DNA of 64,000 nucleotides from Halarcobacter sp. (GTDB taxonomy: Bacteria > Campylobacterota > Campylobacteria > Campylobacterales > Arcobacteraceae): contig OY781089.1 in assembly GCA_963676565.1 (NCBI GenBank), positions 736,001 to 800,000 on the forward strand, in the 5' to 3' direction. The notes under the pieces were generated by a model that was not told the origin of the DNA, did no database searches, and saw only the letters and a program-made list of their open reading frames with translations. The position numbers and the translations under genes are program-made. Position 1 is the stretch's first letter, and every line of letters starts with the position of its first letter. Below are positions 59,696 through 64,000 of this stretch, one piece after another.

Positions 59696-60199
59696 TTACT
59701 CTTTTAATAATAAATAGTATTGGTCTAAAATTTTTTCTAAACTTTCATTTCCCATTGTAACTGTATAGCTTGTGACAATATCCCTAGGCATTACAATGGC
59801 ACCTAGTCTTGTTAATTGGTTTCTAAATGTATTTAGAAAATCAACTCCATTACTTCCTGAGTGAGTTGCAAGTTGGATTTTTTTAAGGGCAAATAATGCT
59901 CTAAAATTATCACCTATTCTTGAAATCCAAGCTATCATATTTAATAAAACAGGGGGTGCACTAAAGTTATACTCAGGAGAAACAAAAATATAACCTTGTG
60001 CTTCTTCCATCTCCTTTGCTAAATCAAGGGCTTTTTGTGGTATTCCTTCATTTTGCTCTTTATTAGTATCATACATTGGTAAATCTAATTCAACTAAGTT
60101 AACAATCTTAGTATCATAATTTTTTCCATTTAATTCTTTTTCAATTCTTTTTGCAAGTTTTACATTTTCATTTAAACTTGATACAAATATCATAATCAT
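59696..60199 (-). CDS. NAD(P)H-dependent FMN reductase
   Basis: DLPMYD, SPEYN. Confidence 0.85.
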   Translation of the reverse strand: MIMIFVSSLNENVKLAKRIEKELNGKNYDTKIVNLVELDLPMYDTNKEQNEGIPQKALDLAKEMEEAQGYIFVSPEYNFSAPPVLLNMIAWISRIGDNFRALFALKKIQLATHSGSNGVDFLNTFRNQLTRLGAIVMPRDIVTSYTVTMGNESLEKILDQYYLLLKE

Positions 60200-60224
60200 T
60201 TTTTATCCTTATTAATACGATAAT

Positions 60225-61295
60225 TTATATTTGACTAGCAAGTTCATCTGCTAGTTTTAACAATTCATCTTTTTCATTTAATCCATCAATAAATCTTTGA
60301 GGAATATTTTGAAAACCTACTTGTGCCCCAACTAAAGCACCTGTTAAGATAGATCTAGCTTGGTTTTGTCCTCCACCATTTAGAGCATGTAATATCGCAG
60401 ATTCAAAATCATTTTTAAATCTTGCTGCTAAATAATAACAAGCAGGAAGCATATGATAAATAGCACAAGGCATACCATATACAAGTGAAACTTTCCAAGC
60501 TGGTTCTATTTTTATATCTTCATCTTGTGCAGCTTGTGCCATATATGATGGAGATAAAAGTGCATCAGGTGAAGCAAAAAGTCCAATATTTGAAGGGGCT
60601 TTGCTTCCAGGTTTTGGTGCTTGTAAATTATCAGATGTTACAGCGTGAAAGGGAAGGTCACCACTTTTTACCATCTTCATAAGTTTTGTTGAAATATTTT
60701 TGTCTAATACTTCACCTTTTATAAGTTGGGCTAAAACTGCTCCAAAAGCCACTGTCATTGAACCAACAATATCATCAACTTGTGTTAAAAATGTATTATG
60801 TGAAATTGTTTTTGCTAACATTTTTGGTTCATATGCATATCTAATTGCTAAGGCTAAAGTTCGCTCAATAGCTTCTGTTGTATCAGCACGACTACCAACT
60901 TCATCCCATGAGAGTTTTTGCTCTACTCTTTGTCTGTAAACTTCTCTTATTGATTGAGAAGTATATCCTCCAGGGCCACTCATTGGATTTCCATCTATTT
61001 TTGTAAATAATTCAGTATCTAGTTTTTTACAGAAATCCTCTTGGTTATAACCATTATTATCAATTATTGATTTAATCATCAATTTTAAAATATATCCTGA
61101 TTGAGAAAGGTTACCTTTTTTTTCATTTTCATGGTATCTTCCTTTTTTAGGACTAGTAAAATCTGTTATCCATTTTCCATAATCTTTATATTGTTCTTCT
61201 AAATCATAATACCAGTGACATCCAAGTGCTATTGCATCACCAATAAAGGCACCTAGAATAGCACCTTTTGCTCTATCTTTTGTTGAGATTTCCAT
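60225..61295 (-). CDS. ADP-ribosylglycohydrolase-fold protein
   Basis: GAILGAFIGDA N-terminus, GALVGAQVG..IP.RFI.GL C-terminus. Confidence 0.8.
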   Translation of the reverse strand: MEISTKDRAKGAILGAFIGDAIALGCHWYYDLEEQYKDYGKWITDFTSPKKGRYHENEKKGNLSQSGYILKLMIKSIIDNNGYNQEDFCKKLDTELFTKIDGNPMSGPGGYTSQSIREVYRQRVEQKLSWDEVGSRADTTEAIERTLALAIRYAYEPKMLAKTISHNTFLTQVDDIVGSMTVAFGAVLAQLIKGEVLDKNISTKLMKMVKSGDLPFHAVTSDNLQAPKPGSKAPSNIGLFASPDALLSPSYMAQAAQDEDIKIEPAWKVSLVYGMPCAIYHMLPACYYLAARFKNDFESAILHALNGGGQNQARSILTGALVGAQVGFQNIPQRFIDGLNEKDELLKLADELASQI

Positions 61296-61298
61296 TTC

Positions 61299-62066
61299 TC
61301 ATCCTTTAAATATTATACTATCCATAGATAAATTTCCATGCATATAAACGTTATTTGCACTTTCTCCAATTTTATCTTTAGAACTACCAATATTTATAAG
61401 TAATGGCAAAAAGTGTTCTAAAGTAGGGTGATTTTGTTTTAAGAGTGGTACCCGCTCAATTAGATTTTGATAATTTCCTACTTTTAAATTTTCTACAATA
61501 AAATCATGAAATTTTATTGAATAATCTTTTATATTTTTTGTATATTCATCTCTATGTCTATCCATAAGATTATGGGTTAATGTGCCACTTCCTATAATCA
61601 AGGTATCTTCTCTTAATGTTTGTAAGGTCTCACCCATTTTTAGATAATCTTCTTCAGTGAAATTTTGTGGAATTGATAATTGAAGAACTGGAATATCAGC
61701 ATTAGGGTACATAAATCTTAAAACTGACCAAACTCCATGATCATATCCACCTCTTGTGGTGTCTTTTTCAATATTTATCCCATTTTGTTCAAAGAGTGAA
61801 ATAATCTCATCACTCTTTTTTATATCATTTTTTGCTTCATATTTTAAACTATATAACTCATTTGGGAAACCATAAAAGTCATAGATTAAAGAGGGTGACT
61901 CTTCATATAATATCTTCAAATTTTTTGTCACCCAATGGGCAGATATTACCAAGATAAATTTAGGTTTTTTAAATGTTGATGGTAGGTTTTTAAAAAATTC
62001 TGTAGTACTATTATCTCTTAGCATCAACATTGGTGAACCATGTGACATAAATATACTTGGTAACAT
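61299..62066 (-). CDS. DODA/LigB-type extradiol dioxygenase (YgiD-like)
   Basis: SHGSP, ISAHW, YDFYGFP, DHGVW, GSG.LTHNL, HPTLEHFLPL. Confidence 0.92.
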   Translation of the reverse strand: MLPSIFMSHGSPMLMLRDNSTTEFFKNLPSTFKKPKFILVISAHWVTKNLKILYEESPSLIYDFYGFPNELYSLKYEAKNDIKKSDEIISLFEQNGINIEKDTTRGGYDHGVWSVLRFMYPNADIPVLQLSIPQNFTEEDYLKMGETLQTLREDTLIIGSGTLTHNLMDRHRDEYTKNIKDYSIKFHDFIVENLKVGNYQNLIERVPLLKQNHPTLEHFLPLLINIGSSKDKIGESANNVYMHGNLSMDSIIFKG

Positions 62067-62093
62067 ATTTAATAAACCCCTTTCTTAAGAAAA

Positions 62094-62663
62094 TTAGTTA
62101 GATTGGATACCTTCTAAATCAATCATAATTTTTACATTTTCACTAACTACAACACCACCAGCTTCTAAAGCTTTGTTCCAGTTAACGCCATAATCTTTTC
62201 TATTGATTTCTCCAGTTATTGTTAAACCAGTTCTAACATTTCCCCATGGATCTGTAATTGTTGCCCCAGCTGTTTCTAAATCAAAAGCAACATCTTTAGT
62301 TACCCCTCTCATTGTAAATTTACCATAAGCTTTATTACCTTTTACCTCAGTTAATTCAAAAGTAATTGATGGGTATTTTTCTACAGCAAAAAAATCATCA
62401 GATTTTAAGTGTTTATCTCTTTTTTCATTGTCAGTATCTATTGAAGAAACATCTACTTTACCACTTAGTGCTTTAAGAGTATTCGTTTTTTCGTCATATT
62501 CAAACTTCCCTTCAAATTGATTAAAGCTTCCTGTAACATTTGAAATCATTAAGTGTTTAACTTTAAATTTTACATTTGAGTGACTTGGGTCAACAGTATA
62601 GCTTCCTGCATATAATGCACCTGCTGCTAAAATCGATGCCATTCCTAGTTTTATTAGTTTCAT
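62094..62663 (-). CDS. YceI family periplasmic protein
   Basis: DPSHS, F.VKHL, RDKHLKS.DFF, DPWG, INRKDYG. Confidence 0.93.
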   Translation of the reverse strand: MKLIKLGMASILAAGALYAGSYTVDPSHSNVKFKVKHLMISNVTGSFNQFEGKFEYDEKTNTLKALSGKVDVSSIDTDNEKRDKHLKSDDFFAVEKYPSITFELTEVKGNKAYGKFTMRGVTKDVAFDLETAGATITDPWGNVRTGLTITGEINRKDYGVNWNKALEAGGVVVSENVKIMIDLEGIQSN

Positions 62664-62683
62664 AATATATCTCCTTATTTTAA

Positions 62684-62699
62684 ATTACTAATTAGTAAT
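62684..62699. promoter_or_regulatory. Palindromic operator (probable MarR site)
   Basis: ATTACTAATTAGTAAT immediately upstream of the yceI RBS. Confidence 0.7.
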
Positions 62700-62720
62700 A
62701 TTAAGTTAAAAAAAAGTTTA

Positions 62721-63170
62721 CTAAGCTTTGTAAACTTTTCTCAACAAGCTGTATAAAGTATCTAACTCTTCCTCATCTAAAACATCCATATAATCATGGA
62801 TATTTTTTGCATGTTGGGGGAAAAGTGATTTCATTTTATCTTTACCTTTTTGGCTAATAGATAAAATACTTGCCCTTTTATCTTCAGGGTTTGGAAGTGA
62901 TGTAATCCATCCATCTCTTTTTAGGTTTTTTACAACAACTGTAATATTACCTGGTGTACTCATTGTAAATTTGGTAATAGCCCCAATAGATAAATCACCC
63001 CTATGATAAAGAACTTCAAGTACTTTAAACTGAATAAACGTCAAGTTATTTTCTGAAAAATATTTAATCTCTTGTGTAGCAAATCTATTATAAGTCTTTA
63101 CTATTTGAACCCATGTTTTCATTGCTTGGTCGGTTTTTTTACCGTAACTGATTAAACTTCTTTTTTCCAT
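62721..63170 (-). CDS. MarR family transcriptional regulator
   Basis: QFKVLEVL, L.RDGWI, DKR wing motif. Confidence 0.92.
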   Translation of the reverse strand: MEKRSLISYGKKTDQAMKTWVQIVKTYNRFATQEIKYFSENNLTFIQFKVLEVLYHRGDLSIGAITKFTMSTPGNITVVVKNLKRDGWITSLPNPEDKRASILSISQKGKDKMKSLFPQHAKNIHDYMDVLDEEELDTLYSLLRKVYKA

Positions 63171-63188
63171 TTGATAACTCCTGCTGAA

Positions 63189-63248
63189 ATTATAATACTA
63201 ATTAGTAGTATTTGTCAAGGGCTTTTAGAATTATAGTACTAATTAGTA
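63189..63248 (-). promoter_or_regulatory. marR sigma70 promoter with two operator copies
   Basis: TTGACA (63218-63213) N18 TATAAT (63194-63189); TACTAATTAGTA at 63196-63207 and 63237-63248. Confidence 0.75.
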
Positions 63249-63313
63249 TTAAAATGAAAGTGAAGAAGTCCCATTATAAGAGACTTCTAGAAATTTTAAA
63301 ATTTTTTAAAAAT

Positions 63314-63937
63314 TTAAGCTTTTTTTGCTGTAGACATAAAAATAGCTGCTAAAATTAAAAAAGAACCAGTAATTCTATTTTGAATTTTCATCGCTTTTAC
63401 ATCTTTTATTAAGAATTTCAATTTAGAAGCCATAGATGAATAACCTGTCATTACAAATATGTCAATAATGCATAAAGTTGTAACAATGATGAAAAACTGT
63501 AACCACAAAGATTCATTTGGATTTAAAAACTGAGGAATGAAAGCCACTAAAAAAACTGTAGCTTTTGCATTTGTTAAGTTTATTAAAGTTGAGGCCAAAA
63601 ATGATTTTTTAGCACTATAAGCTTTTAGTTGTTCACCCTCATCAACCATTTCAACTTTTTCAAAAATCTTTGAAAGTCCCAGATAAACTAAATAAATCAC
63701 TCCAATCCATTTGATTATATTAAAAAGCATAACTGATTTTAAAATAAGTGCACCAAGACCAATCACAACCACAAAAGTTTGTATAAATAGTCCAAGTTGT
63801 AAACCAAAAATTGCAGCATAAGATTTCTTTAACCCATATTTAATTCCATGATTCATTGAAACAACTGCACCAGCTCCTGGTGAAATTGAGATTGCTAAAG
63901 AAGCTAAGAAAAGAGTTATCCAAACATCAAATTCCAT
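63314..63937 (-). CDS. LysE/RhtB family amino-acid exporter
   Basis: SPGAG, KWIG..YL.YLG, N.K...F..AFIPQF. Confidence 0.9.
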   Translation of the reverse strand: MEFDVWITLFLASLAISISPGAGAVVSMNHGIKYGLKKSYAAIFGLQLGLFIQTFVVVIGLGALILKSVMLFNIIKWIGVIYLVYLGLSKIFEKVEMVDEGEQLKAYSAKKSFLASTLINLTNAKATVFLVAFIPQFLNPNESLWLQFFIIVTTLCIIDIFVMTGYSSMASKLKFLIKDVKAMKIQNRITGSFLILAAIFMSTAKKA

Positions 63938-64000
63938 AAAAAACCTTTATTAATTATTTAGGAAATTATATTTTAAATAGAATAAAAAGACAAAAAAAGT

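Noticed and set aside
60225..61295. DraG nitrogenase regulator
   Set aside because: Lacks the DraG acidic motifs, has no draT neighbour and lies in a MarR stress operon.

Overview
AT-rich chromosomal window from a Campylobacterota bacterium, probably Arcobacteraceae (inferred from gene content, the futalosine-pathway mqnP, TGGAAC-type sigma54 promoters and leaderless genes). (1) 1-13.6 kb is a nitrogen-fixation accessory region: modC, AKR, NadB/SdhA-like flavoprotein, nifT, nifA, SIR2-like/clpX/GNAT and a ferredoxin. It has four sigma54 -24/-12 promoters and an unannotated 31-32 aa ORF; no nifHDK lies in the window. (2) 13.6-25.4 kb is housekeeping (SRP RNA, hom, aminotransferase, rlmB, rsmI, rpmE, miaA, mqnP) plus signalling genes. 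(3) tRNA-Arg(UCG) at 25389 is followed by an integrase-less islet bounded by a degenerate copy of the tRNA 3' end. The islet carries a coupled 4-TM + DGQHR-domain gene pair (candidate undescribed defence system); an orphan PD-(D/E)xK nuclease lies just beyond it. (4) A TRAP + HpxW-like + TauE operon, probably for oxamate use. (5) Two paralogous unannotated sRNA genes at 41.1 and 41.6 kb, with an identical 29-nt 5' core, covarying terminators and four phased 11-bp promoter repeats. (6) pur/dap/coa housekeeping genes. (7) A guanidine carboxylase operon with a guanidine-I riboswitch in front and a guanidine-II riboswitch inside. (8) A MarR-controlled stress cluster with three palindromic operators. 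All protein calls come from motif recognition by eye; no database searches were run.
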